Of a DNA stretch of 64,000 nt, positions 1 to 10,262 are shown in pieces. The position numbers and the translations under genes are program-made. This DNA is from a virus, in IMG/VR virus record IMGVR_UViG_3300025121_000035, positions 20,044-84,043 of that record; one strand, 5' to 3'. The notes under the pieces were generated by a model. That model was not told the DNA's origin, ran no database searches, and saw only the letters and a list, made by a program, of their open reading frames with translations. Each line of letters starts with the position of its first letter. Within the stretch, counting starts at the first letter, position 1.

Positions 1-760
1 CAATATTAACACTTTCTCCTGTATTATCAACAGTACTTAATATATTAGTATCATCATGTTCGACTTCTGTTGTAATAGAATCTCGTTCTAATTTAGTTAC
101 ACTATCATTATCAACTATATTAACATGTTTAGATTTAAATGTACTAGATATAGATTTATATTCAGTTATAAGAGCATCTATTTCTGGTTTTAAAATAGGT
201 GCAGCCATATTACCAACTAACGAAGTTGGAATTAATAATTTATCCATAAATTTATCAAACCATTTAAAAAAAGAAGTTCCTAATACTGCTTCTTGTGTTG
301 CACCATCAGTTCCTAAATTAAGAACTTGATTATTATCTTTTAATTCTAAATTAATACCTTCACTTTTAACCATTATTTTATTAAGTAAAAAATCTAATGT
401 AATTCCTTTATGTGCATCTGCATACATTCTTGTTCTATGATCAAATGTTAATGCTATGAAATCAGAATAATCTTCATCTGATAAACTTTCTAACATATCT
501 TGTAAATTTAAATTATATTTATCACTATATACATAACAAGGATGATATATATTTCCATCAAAAAATACATTAACCATTTTTCCAGGATTAGGTATACTAA
601 AAGATTTACCGTCTGGTGTTAAATATGGTGTTGCCCAAGGTATATGTTCTGTTGGAATATCTTGAAATACATTTTGTACTCTAACTTTAATTCTACCTAA
701 TCTTCTAGGATCATTTATATTCTCTACAAATCCCACATATGTTTTACTTATATCAATCAT
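1..760 (-). CDS. Baseplate hub/spike protein with gp5/VgrG-like N-terminal OB fold (runs off window start)
   Basis: Manual translation from ATG at 760: MIDISKTYVGFVENINDPRRLGRIKVRVQNVFQDIPTEHIPWA...IPNPGKMVNVFF matches the gp5 OB-fold signature (DP..LGR.KVRV, PWA, P..G..V.V.F). Confidence 0.8.
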   Translation of the reverse strand, partial: MIDISKTYVGFVENINDPRRLGRIKVRVQNVFQDIPTEHIPWATPYLTPDGKSFSIPNPGKMVNVFFDGNIYHPCYVYSDKYNLNLQDMLESLSDEDYSDFIALTFDHRTRMYADAHKGITLDFLLNKIMVKSEGINLELKDNNQVLNLGTDGATQEAVLGTSFFKWFDKFMDKLLIPTSLVGNMAAPILKPEIDALITEYKSISSTFKSKHVNIVDNDSVTKLERDSITTEVEHDDTNILSTVDNTGESVNI

Positions 761-769
761 TTAATAGTT

Positions 770-3040
770 TTATTTCTTCTTATAGATATTTCCAGTAGGT
801 TGTTTATCATTATCGTTTTTATTTCCATATAAACTACCTGTTGGTTTTTTATCTGTTGCTTTTTCTGTATCTTCTTCTTTTACTTTATAAACATCACCAT
901 TTGGTATTTTTTCATTATAATTACCTGGTTCTTGTAAATCACCATTCGGATATTTTTTATTATATTGACCGTCAGTTTGAACATCTCCCTTTGGTTGTTT
1001 TTCAATATCTATACCTTTTGTATATAATTTTCCCTTTGGGTATTTTTTATTATATTGACCGTCAGATTGAACATCACCGTTTGGAAATTTAGTATTATAT
1101 TGTCCATCAGCTTGTAAATCACCTATTGGGTATTTTAAATTATATTGACCGTCAGATTGAACATCACCATCTGGTAATTTTAAATTATACGTACCATCAG
1201 CTTGTAAATCTCCATCCGGAAATTTTAAATTATATTGACCATCATCTTGTAGATCACCATCTGGTAATTTAATATTGTATGTTCCATCGTCCTGTAAATC
1301 TCCATCAGGTTTTTTATAATGATATGTTCCATCGTCTTGTAAATCTCCATCCGGAAATTTTAAATTATATTGACCATCATCTTGTAGATCACCGTCAGGA
1401 AACTTTTGATTATATTGACCATCAGCGTGTAAATCAGTTGGGTATTCACTAACATATGGTGGTCCACCACCTATTCCATCACTTGTTAAATCTTGTTGGA
1501 AACTACCATCAGCATTTAAAACAGAACTTAAATATCTATTTCTATCTGTTGGGTATTTTTCGTTATAAGTTCCATCAGTTTGTAAATCTCCATCAGGGTA
1601 TTTTTTGTTATAAGTTACATTATCACTGCCACTATTTATATCACTACCTAATCCATGAGATGCATTAATTTCGGGTGTTCTATTTCTATCAAATATCTTA
1701 TCATCTAAAAAATCATTAATAAAACCGCTAGCGTTATCTATTTTATCAGCAATGGTATCATAATATACATTTATCTTAGTAAGAGTTATACCAAATCTTT
1801 CACCTGATGTATTCTGAATATCCCCTATAAATTGACCTACTTCGTTAGATAATTTATTAATAAGTACCGCCCTAATTTCAGATGTTTCATTTTGTAATAA
1901 TTTTTTAGTATTACTAATTTTATTACTAACAAATTTTTGAAATCTACTATTTCTACTAGTTCTTTCTCTTGTGTTATTTATTGGTGGTTCTGTAATTGTA
2001 AAATCGTTTGTAGCTAAATCATTTCTTTCTCTAAAATCAATTATTTTACCATTTTTAATAAGATAAGGTGCAATTGCTTTACTAATTGATTTAAAATTAA
2101 TAGTAAAAGTATTTTTAGCGGGTGTAGAAACAATAGGTGTACCCCAACCATTTACAGTCATATTATCAGTTATAGACTTTGTTTCAAAAAAATTAAATTG
2201 ACAATCATGAAAAGTATAAATTATTTTAGAACTAGTATCAATTTCGTTATTACCAGTAGTTGTATTTATTTCACTTTCAAATTGTAATCTTGGAGTTTTA
2301 AAATTTCTTATATCTTTAATTGTTATTTGGAAATTAAATCTTAATAAGTTTTCAGGAATAAGACATCTTTGAGTATCATAAGAAAATATTAAATTATTAT
2401 ATAATTCAGCTAAATAATGTGATATTAAAGTAATATCCTCTGATAATATAAATGTTATTTTATCTTCTGGATAATTTATAATTTTTTTATTTACTATATC
2501 TAATCCTGAAATAGATTCTATATAATGTCTTTTTAATCCACTACTATCAGAATGGGATTCACTTGGAAATATTTTAAATAATATATTTAAAAATTCTTCA
2601 TATATATTTTGTTGGAATCTTTCATTTAATTCTGGAATATAACTATAATAATTTGTTATGAAATTTCGTAAACCATAATCATTAGATGTAAATAAAGGGC
2701 TTTCGTTTTTTATTAATTTAATATCAAATATTAAAAATGTAGGATCTTCATAATCATCAGTATTATTACTATTATAACCATATAGTGCTTTTTTAAATTG
2801 ATTTGATGGATTATCAAACATACCACCTTCTAAATTTGGTACAGCACCACTAGTTTCACTAAATCCGGTTTCGTGTTTTTTAACTCTATTTAAAAATTCA
2901 TCAGGTCCACCATGTTTTTCTAAATAACTAGAATAACCTTTAATATAGGTAGGTACTGTTATAGAATTATCTCTATCTGATCCTACTAAATTATTAGGAT
3001 CAAACGATGCTACATTTTTTTTAAATAAATCTAATGCCAT
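770..3040 (-). CDS. Probable tail/baseplate-associated protein with C-terminal 15-aa tandem repeats
   Basis: 756-aa ORF inside the baseplate cluster. The C-terminal third is made of PDGDLQxDGxYNxK repeats. Confidence 0.5.
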   Translation of the reverse strand: MALDLFKKNVASFDPNNLVGSDRDNSITVPTYIKGYSSYLEKHGGPDEFLNRVKKHETGFSETSGAVPNLEGGMFDNPSNQFKKALYGYNSNNTDDYEDPTFLIFDIKLIKNESPLFTSNDYGLRNFITNYYSYIPELNERFQQNIYEEFLNILFKIFPSESHSDSSGLKRHYIESISGLDIVNKKIINYPEDKITFILSEDITLISHYLAELYNNLIFSYDTQRCLIPENLLRFNFQITIKDIRNFKTPRLQFESEINTTTGNNEIDTSSKIIYTFHDCQFNFFETKSITDNMTVNGWGTPIVSTPAKNTFTINFKSISKAIAPYLIKNGKIIDFRERNDLATNDFTITEPPINNTRERTSRNSRFQKFVSNKISNTKKLLQNETSEIRAVLINKLSNEVGQFIGDIQNTSGERFGITLTKINVYYDTIADKIDNASGFINDFLDDKIFDRNRTPEINASHGLGSDINSGSDNVTYNKKYPDGDLQTDGTYNEKYPTDRNRYLSSVLNADGSFQQDLTSDGIGGGPPYVSEYPTDLHADGQYNQKFPDGDLQDDGQYNLKFPDGDLQDDGTYHYKKPDGDLQDDGTYNIKLPDGDLQDDGQYNLKFPDGDLQADGTYNLKLPDGDVQSDGQYNLKYPIGDLQADGQYNTKFPNGDVQSDGQYNKKYPKGKLYTKGIDIEKQPKGDVQTDGQYNKKYPNGDLQEPGNYNEKIPNGDVYKVKEEDTEKATDKKPTGSLYGNKNDNDKQPTGNIYKKK
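885..1610 (-). repeat. 45-nt tandem repeats encoding (F/Y)PxGD(L/V)QxDG(Q/T)YNxK, about 14-15 copies
   Basis: Visible in both DNA (ttatattgacc...atc(t/a)cc) and protein. Confidence 0.9.
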
Positions 3041-3092
3041 TTTTATTTGTATATTTTATTTGTATATTTTATTTGTATATTTTATTTATATA
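3041..3092. repeat. 13-nt tandem repeat TTTTATTTGTATA x4 (last copy variant) in the intergenic region
   Basis: Read directly from the sequence. On the minus strand the variant copy contains TATAAATA. Confidence 0.8.
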
Positions 3093-3104
3093 TTTATATA
3101 TTTA

Positions 3105-4505
3105 TTATATCTTATTGAAATCTTCATCATTAAAACCTAATTCTCTTTTTACTAATGTTATATCTTGTGAAAATCCTCCTATTCTATTAAAATTATAATT
3201 AATAGCTGTTATTAACCATTCACCAGTTAATCTTTGATTTAATCTTTTTTCATCATAATCAATATTTTGAGGATTTTTAATAGTATCTTCATTTACTACA
3301 ACTGGTTTATCATCATCATGTAATTCACTTAATTTATAAAATTTTATCATAATTTTTTGAAAACGATATAAATTAAAATTCATTAATTTTAATGATATTT
3401 TAATTTTTACTTTTTGTAAAAAATTAAGATTTTTAGAATTTTGTTGTTCAGCATATAAGAAATTAGGATGTACATTATCTGTATCTAATCTACCCATAAT
3501 ACCTCGAGTAGTTATATTATTTAAATCAACTAATTCATTTATATTACCTTTTAATATTATTTGATTACCATTAGAACTAGTAGTTGATATTGTTTCTAAT
3601 TTAAATTTATAAAATGTATTATTATTCATATCATAATATGATATAAACGTAGCATATCCAATTTGTAAATTAACTTTTGTAGAACTATTAATCAAATTAT
3701 ATTTATTTATATACAAATTACTATTTGATTTATCTGGATGATCAGTTAATATTAAATTAGATAATGGTTCATTATCACCTTTAATTATATTTGATGACGC
3801 CATAACACCTGTTTGTTCTGATATATCTTCATTTAATGCTGTTTCTATATCTACATAATTTAAGTTATAATAAAAATCAACATAAGCATACATAAAACTT
3901 TCATCACTTTTGTAAGAATATTGAACTATTTCTTGCACAAATTCTAATGTTGGTGAAGAACCATTTATCCATACCATTTCATCATTTGTATCATTAATAT
4001 TACTAGCAAACCCTAATTCACAATCAATTGATATTTTTTTTAAAACAGTATAACTTGTTCCTTTATAACTAATAAATGGTGTAAAATATAATGGATTAAC
4101 ATTTAATATACCTATTAATACATAAGTTAATTCTTGATTATCATCGCTTTTATTTTTATTAACATTAAATTCAATTATTTTAAAGTCCATTCTAACAGGC
4201 ATTAATATTTCACTATTTGATTGAATAAATATACTTAATATCTCATTATCTGTTGGAAATAAAGGATCTATTAATCTAAAAGTTGGATCTTTAAAATGTA
4301 CTTCTACTTTAGGTAAAAAATGATTATTATATAATATTATTTTTATTGTATCATTTGTTTGTATAACTATATTTCCTATTTGTAAATAAGGGTATAATCC
4401 TAATGTTTCAGCATACTCATCAGCACCTGAATCTTGTAAAGTTTCATCATAATCAATAGATAATTCTTTTAATACTATTGTTGGTCTTGTTATAACTTCA
4501 ATCAT
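3105..4505 (-). CDS. Putative baseplate hub / tail protein (gp27 or gpD-like)
   Basis: C-terminal LTGEWLITAINYNF...QDITLVKRE is typical of hub proteins; lies near the gp5-like gene. Confidence 0.55.
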   Translation of the reverse strand: MIEVITRPTIVLKELSIDYDETLQDSGADEYAETLGLYPYLQIGNIVIQTNDTIKIILYNNHFLPKVEVHFKDPTFRLIDPLFPTDNEILSIFIQSNSEILMPVRMDFKIIEFNVNKNKSDDNQELTYVLIGILNVNPLYFTPFISYKGTSYTVLKKISIDCELGFASNINDTNDEMVWINGSSPTLEFVQEIVQYSYKSDESFMYAYVDFYYNLNYVDIETALNEDISEQTGVMASSNIIKGDNEPLSNLILTDHPDKSNSNLYINKYNLINSSTKVNLQIGYATFISYYDMNNNTFYKFKLETISTTSSNGNQIILKGNINELVDLNNITTRGIMGRLDTDNVHPNFLYAEQQNSKNLNFLQKVKIKISLKLMNFNLYRFQKIMIKFYKLSELHDDDKPVVVNEDTIKNPQNIDYDEKRLNQRLTGEWLITAINYNFNRIGGFSQDITLVKRELGFNDEDFNKI

Positions 4506-4967
4506 TTATCTAAATTTATTTATAATAGTTATTTTCTTTTTATCATAATTGATATCTATTTGCTTTAAATTATCTGGCTTAATAGTTGGGGGAGAACCTA
4601 TTCTATTAACATCTTTTTTAGTGTTTTTCTTTTTATTCATATTTAATATTTGATCTTTATTAGAAAAATCTTCTGGATCAGATTGATATAATAAACCATA
4701 ATTATCTAAATTCTTATAATAATATATTATATTACCTATTTTTATTGAAAATGGATTAATAATACCATTTAATGTCATTAATTCTTCAACTAAATCTGAA
4801 TTACCATGTAAATATCTACAAACTAAATCTATACGACCTTCGTATTCATCTGTAACAACAAAAATACCTATATCAGTTGTTATAAATCTATTTACTAATG
4901 TTCTTTTAAATAAATCATAAAACCCATTTTTTTCTATGTTTAATTTAATAAAGGAATATATATTCAT
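4506..4967 (-). CDS. Baseplate wedge protein, gp53/LysM-like
   Basis: GRIDLVCRYLHGNSD...LMTLNGIINPFSIKIG matches the R.DL....YG.......N.I.NPF pattern. Confidence 0.65.
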   Translation of the reverse strand: MNIYSFIKLNIEKNGFYDLFKRTLVNRFITTDIGIFVVTDEYEGRIDLVCRYLHGNSDLVEELMTLNGIINPFSIKIGNIIYYYKNLDNYGLLYQSDPEDFSNKDQILNMNKKKNTKKDVNRIGSPPTIKPDNLKQIDINYDKKKITIINKFR

Positions 4968-6436
4968 TATGAATTTTCTAATTTTTTATATACTCGTTTG
5001 TAATTTACTCCAAACATATCATATATTTCATTCTTACCCATACTTCTACCTTGTCTCATTTCTACTGTAACATCAATAAACTTAGGTATATCATTATACT
5101 GCATTTCACCATGATATTTAACAGATACATCACTAACATGAACATTATTCATTGAAAATAATGGAGCATATGGATTACCAATAGTTAAATGCCAAGGTGT
5201 AGATGCTTCTCCAGTTAACATTGCAATAGAACCTCTTAATGGCCAAACCCATCTTGCAACAGTAGATGCTAATATTGATTTTAAAATAGTATTATTAACT
5301 AAACTATTTAATATTGTACCTTGATCTGGTGGTGAAGGTTTTTTTGTTTCATTTGCTGCATCTCCTTCTTCAGTTGAAACATCTACTGAATCTTCATCTG
5401 AATCTGATATTAATTCTTTTATTTCACCTGCAATAGCACTTATAAATCCTTTAACTACATTTCTAATTAAATATACCCAAGCACTTATATTTGTAGGATC
5501 ATTATTAGCAGTTCTTAATTTTGCAATAAGATCAGAATCTGATTTTCCTATAAAATTAGTATCCGATGTACCCATTGTTAATAAATTATTTAAAATATCC
5601 ATAGTAGATACTGTCATATCAATATCACCAATATATTTTTGTTCATATACTGTTTCTAATTTAAATGTAAAATTTGAACTTAATCCAAAATCTTCAACTT
5701 CTCTAGTTATTGATTGTTTTAATACATTAGGATCACCAATAGGTATATTAGTTTTATTATAATCTGTTATACCTAATCTATTTAATACACCAAATACAAA
5801 ACCAATACCCCAACCAGGAATAGGTACTATTTGATCCATATGAATTCCAAAACTTTTAGAAATCATATCATTTAACATTAAATGTAACATTTTATCTGAA
5901 CCTTGATTAACCCATACTTCATTAAAATTAAAACTAAGAAAATCATTTTCGTCTTTAACCCAACCTATTACTGTTGATATTGGTTCAGCATTTAACAATT
6001 GTAAATCTTTAGGTACAACTACACCTTCTGCAAATCTTCTTAATATCATTAAACGATTAATAGGATATACACCAATATCTCTTAAATATGAAAAATCTGT
6101 ACTTTTTAATCTTAATGCAGGTGAATCATTATATATTTTATCTTTACCTGGATTACTATTACTTCCACTAAAATCATCTAATAATTGTAAATATGGATTT
6201 TTTTTAGTTGCTTTATATGCTTTATTTACATCAGATTGAATATAATTATCTTTAATACCACTTGAAGTTACTACATATTCGTTTAATTCAAACTCCTTTG
6301 TTTTTTTATTATATTCTCTTCGTTGTTCAACTATTTGGGCTCGATTAGAGTTAGAACTAGCTGTTTTAGTAGTTGTATTAACATTATTTTTAATTTTTAA
6401 ATTAGCTTTAAATAAAAAGCTCATTTCATCAAACAT
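4967..6436 (-). CDS. Putative tail tube initiator / baseplate protein
   Basis: Baseplate cluster context; C-terminal WHLTIGNP...V.VKY.G......DIP.FIDVTV. Confidence 0.45.
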   Translation of the reverse strand: MFDEMSFLFKANLKIKNNVNTTTKTASSNSNRAQIVEQRREYNKKTKEFELNEYVVTSSGIKDNYIQSDVNKAYKATKKNPYLQLLDDFSGSNSNPGKDKIYNDSPALRLKSTDFSYLRDIGVYPINRLMILRRFAEGVVVPKDLQLLNAEPISTVIGWVKDENDFLSFNFNEVWVNQGSDKMLHLMLNDMISKSFGIHMDQIVPIPGWGIGFVFGVLNRLGITDYNKTNIPIGDPNVLKQSITREVEDFGLSSNFTFKLETVYEQKYIGDIDMTVSTMDILNNLLTMGTSDTNFIGKSDSDLIAKLRTANNDPTNISAWVYLIRNVVKGFISAIAGEIKELISDSDEDSVDVSTEEGDAANETKKPSPPDQGTILNSLVNNTILKSILASTVARWVWPLRGSIAMLTGEASTPWHLTIGNPYAPLFSMNNVHVSDVSVKYHGEMQYNDIPKFIDVTVEMRQGRSMGKNEIYDMFGVNYKRVYKKLENS

Positions 6437-6501
6437 ATTGATAGTTATTAGATTTTGATTTATATATAAAAAAGATATTTATAATATATATTAAAATATA
6501 A

Positions 6502-6903
6502 TTAATAACTTTTTAATATTTGTGATGCATCAAATATATTCATATTAGATAATATTGATTGATTAATATTATCATCATCTTTAAATTCATCATAAAATAA
6601 TAATATATTAAATTTAGTATTAGATGTAAGTATTTTTTTTATTTTAAATACGTCTTCTATATTAAGAACTTTACTATAAAAATTAGGAATATAATATATA
6701 TCCTTTCCTTTATCTAAGGATTGAGTTATTTTAGTATAAATTAATAAATTAAAATATTCTTTATATTCTAAATAACTTTTAGAAATTTCATATTCATCTA
6801 ATTGTTGATTTATATCTATAATAATTTTATTTTTTATCCTATTAACTTTTACATATTTGTCAAAACGTTTTCTATTTTTAGTAAAAACTAAATAAAAGTT
6901 CAT
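6502..6903 (-). CDS. Hypothetical protein
   Basis: 133-aa ORF. Confidence 0.6.
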   Translation of the reverse strand: MNFYLVFTKNRKRFDKYVKVNRIKNKIIIDINQQLDEYEISKSYLEYKEYFNLLIYTKITQSLDKGKDIYYIPNFYSKVLNIEDVFKIKKILTSNTKFNILLFYDEFKDDDNINQSILSNMNIFDASQILKSY

Positions 6904-7136
6904 GCATTTATATTTTTTTTATTTATTACATTTTTAATATATATTGAATTATTTGAGTCGTATTGTAAAAAAAATATAAATCTTTGATTTTTAATATTTC
7001 ATTCCATATAATAGTAGATTATTATTTAGTTTGATGATGATTAATTTTTTATAATTTTTAAACTTATTTAAAAATTTAGCATAAAATTAATAATTGAAAA
7101 ATTTAATTATTTTTTATAAAAACAAATTAAATATGA

Positions 7137-8345
7137 ATGGCAAAAAAGAAATCAACATCATCATATTCAATATCTCAACTATCAAGCCTTATTGATAACT
7201 TAGGAGAAGAATCTAAAATCATGATTGAAAATGAAGAACATAATGGGACTATTGATACTAGTGTTTATATACTTAATGCATTACTTTCTAAAAGTATTTT
7301 TGGTGGAGTAGCAGATGATAGAATTACTATTTTCGCAGGTGATCCAAATACTGGTAAATCTTATATTATGTATAATATTGCCAGAAATGCACAAAAATCT
7401 GGATATTATATTATATTTATTGATACAGAACATTCAATAAATAAAAATACATTATCTGATTTTGGAATTAAAACTGATAAAGAAAGTCTTAAATTAATAA
7501 CATCTAACAAAGTAGAAGATTTAAAAATCTTTTTAACTAAATTTTTAGATGAATTAAAAACTCAAAAAGTTAATGGTATTGAAGTACCTAAAATTATGAT
7601 ACTATTAGATAGTATTGGTCAATTAGCATCTGAAAAAGAAAAACAAGATGCACTAGAAGGTAAAAATAAAGTTGATATGACTAGAGCTAAATCCATTAAA
7701 CAATTTTTTAGAATTATTAATTCTGATATGGGATATTTAGGAATTCCTTTGATTGCTTCTAATCACGTATATGAAGATACTAATTCTTTTTTCCCTACTA
7801 AAATTATGAGTGGTGGTAAAGGTGTTGAATATTCAGCATCAACTATTATATTTTTAAGTACCGCTAAATTAAAAACAGGTCGTGAAGATGATATGGATTT
7901 AAATTCAACTGGTTCAATAATTACAGCTCAAGCTAAGAAAAATAGAATGGCAAAACCTAAAAAAATTAAATTTGAAATTGATCATACTTATGGCACTAAT
8001 AGATATAAAGGATTAGAATATTTCTGTACTATCGAAAATTTTGATAAAGTTGGTATAGCAATTGGTAAAAAAGTTATAAAGGAAAACGGTGAAATTGGAA
8101 TTGAATCAAGTGGAAAAAAATGGTACGTTAAGCATCTTGATAAAACACTTTTTGAAAAACAATTATATAATAATAAAGTTTTTACACAAGAAGTACTAGA
8201 AGCATTAGATCCAATTATCTATAAATATTTTGATTATTCTTCATTCGAAGAAGAACAAAGTTATATAAATGATATAGATAATGTTGATGATAATATTAAT
8301 ATTGATCCTGATTTCGATGATATTGATAATGATGATTTGTTTTAA
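7137..8345 (+). CDS. uvsX: RecA/UvsX-like recombinase
   Basis: Walker A GDPNTGKS, IFIDTE, Walker B ILLDSIG, DMTRA, NHVY and SGGKG motifs. Confidence 0.9.
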   Translation: MAKKKSTSSYSISQLSSLIDNLGEESKIMIENEEHNGTIDTSVYILNALLSKSIFGGVADDRITIFAGDPNTGKSYIMYNIARNAQKSGYYIIFIDTEHSINKNTLSDFGIKTDKESLKLITSNKVEDLKIFLTKFLDELKTQKVNGIEVPKIMILLDSIGQLASEKEKQDALEGKNKVDMTRAKSIKQFFRIINSDMGYLGIPLIASNHVYEDTNSFFPTKIMSGGKGVEYSASTIIFLSTAKLKTGREDDMDLNSTGSIITAQAKKNRMAKPKKIKFEIDHTYGTNRYKGLEYFCTIENFDKVGIAIGKKVIKENGEIGIESSGKKWYVKHLDKTLFEKQLYNNKVFTQEVLEALDPIIYKYFDYSSFEEEQSYINDIDNVDDNINIDPDFDDIDNDDLF

Positions 8346-8364
8346 AAAATTATAAAAGTAAAAT

Positions 8365-9087
8365 ATGAGTGAAATTGTAAATACAAACTTAGAAAAATTA
8401 TTTTTTGCTAAAATTTTAGAAGAACCTAGTCAATTTTATAAAGTAGATTCTAACTTTTTTGAAAATGATCAAATACGATTTATATATGATATTATTAGAA
8501 ATACTTATATTGAATCTATAGAAAAAATAGTACCTAGTCCAAAACAAATTTGGGCTATGATACAATTAAATGATACTAAAAAAATAATAACAAAAGAATC
8601 ATTTAAAATTCTTTTTAAAGAATCAACACAAGATATATCTGATGAATGGCTAACTAAAAAATTTAAAGCTTGGAAATCTTCTAAATATACTCGTCAAAAA
8701 ATTTATGAATCCATTGATATTATAAAAGGAATGGAAGAAATAGATTATGATAATGTAATGGATATAGTAAGTAGATTAAAAAATACATTTTCTGAAATTG
8801 ATTCTATATCTAATGACGATGAAGATTTAGGCGATGATTTTGATAATCCTGAAAGTCATAAACAATCTATATCATTAAGAAAAATGTCATCTGGATGGTC
8901 TAATATTGATAAAATATTAAATGGTGGTTGGGATAGAGCTACATTTAATGTTATTATGGGAGAAACTAATGTCGGAAAATGCCAATCCTTTGATACACAG
9001 ATAGTTATAAAAAATAAGATATCCAACAAAACACAAAAAATTAAAATAGGTGATTTGTTTCATTTAATAAAACATAGTAAATCCTAA
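8365..9087 (+). CDS. DnaB/gp41-like replicative helicase, N-terminal part fused to a 35-aa N-intein
   Basis: Walker A GETNVGK is followed directly by intein block A CQSFDTQI (8980-9084). Confidence 0.88.
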   Translation: MSEIVNTNLEKLFFAKILEEPSQFYKVDSNFFENDQIRFIYDIIRNTYIESIEKIVPSPKQIWAMIQLNDTKKIITKESFKILFKESTQDISDEWLTKKFKAWKSSKYTRQKIYESIDIIKGMEEIDYDNVMDIVSRLKNTFSEIDSISNDDEDLGDDFDNPESHKQSISLRKMSSGWSNIDKILNGGWDRATFNVIMGETNVGKCQSFDTQIVIKNKISNKTQKIKIGDLFHLIKHSKS

Positions 9088-9127
9088 ATTGGTTTCGCCT
9101 GTTTTTATATATAAAAATAAAAAGATT

Positions 9128-10255
9128 ATGAACTGTAAAATATGTAATAAAAATTGTAATGGTTTAAAAGGGTTATCTATTCATTTAAAAAAGAAACATA
9201 ATTATGATGATATTCACCTTAAAGAATATTATGATAAATATATTAAAAAAGAAAATGAAGGTGAATGTTATTTTTGTAATGATAATGCTATATTTTTTGG
9301 ATTTAGTAAAGGTTATCATAGAATATGTAAATCTGAAAAATGTTTAGGCAAAACAAGAGCAACAGGAACATATGAATTTTTAATGTATAAATATAATTTA
9401 TCAAAAGATGATGCTGTAAAATTGATGAATAAAAGATCAAAAAATAGAGGAATTAAAATAAAAGAATCTTTGAATAAGGAATTAGAAAAAAATTCAAATT
9501 TTTATAAAGAAAAATCACACCAAACAAAAGAATACTGGATTAAAAGAGGATTTAACGAAAAAGATGCCATAAATAAATCAAAAGATATTATGGATATGAT
9601 TCATGAAAAAACTTGGGAAAAAAGAAAAAAACATCCTGAATTATACGACAATGTAAACACCACTCAATTGAAATACTGGATCGATAAAGGGTATAATGAA
9701 AATGAATCTATAGAAAAAAGAAAAGAAAGACAAAGTACATTTACATTAGAAAAATGTATTGAAAAATATGGAGAAATAAATGGACTGAAAAAATGGAACA
9801 ACAGACAAATAAATTGGAAAAAATCTATGAAAAAAAGTCTTATAGAAAACGGAAATTATAAAAAAGATTTTTCAAATGTAGAAAAGGATTTAATTAATAA
9901 TTTATTATTATCATTACCATATATAAATGAAAACAATCATTATTCATATATGAATAAACAATTTTTTATTTATGATAAAAAAGAAAAAAGTTTTAATAGT
10001 TATGATTTTGTTTATAAAAATAAAATCATAGAATTTAATGGTGATTACTGGCATTGTAATCCAAAAATATATAAATCCGATTTTTTAAACTTAAGAAAAC
10101 AAATGTATGCATATGAAATTTGGAATTATGATAAAATTAAAATATATAAAGCAAAAAACGAAGGTTATGAAGTTTTGATAATTTGGGAAAATGAATATAA
10201 ACAAAATAAAGAAAAAGTAATACAACAATGTATAAATTTCTTAAAAAATGATTAA
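9128..10255 (+). CDS. Free-standing homing endonuclease (Zn fingers plus Vsr/PD-(D/E)XK-like domain) inside the fractured helicase gene
   Basis: CKIC...HLKKKH, CYFC, and C-terminal YDF...IIEFNGDYWH...IIWENE. The ATG at 9128 follows a TTTTTATATATA motif and is preferred over TTG 9089. Confidence 0.8.
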   Translation: MNCKICNKNCNGLKGLSIHLKKKHNYDDIHLKEYYDKYIKKENEGECYFCNDNAIFFGFSKGYHRICKSEKCLGKTRATGTYEFLMYKYNLSKDDAVKLMNKRSKNRGIKIKESLNKELEKNSNFYKEKSHQTKEYWIKRGFNEKDAINKSKDIMDMIHEKTWEKRKKHPELYDNVNTTQLKYWIDKGYNENESIEKRKERQSTFTLEKCIEKYGEINGLKKWNNRQINWKKSMKKSLIENGNYKKDFSNVEKDLINNLLLSLPYINENNHYSYMNKQFFIYDKKEKSFNSYDFVYKNKIIEFNGDYWHCNPKIYKSDFLNLRKQMYAYEIWNYDKIKIYKAKNEGYEVLIIWENEYKQNKEKVIQQCINFLKND

Positions 10256-10262
10256 AAAATAA

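Noticed and set aside
885-1610. CRISPR array
   Set aside because: The repeats are in-frame 45-nt coding units with codon-position variation and no unique spacers; no cas genes are present.
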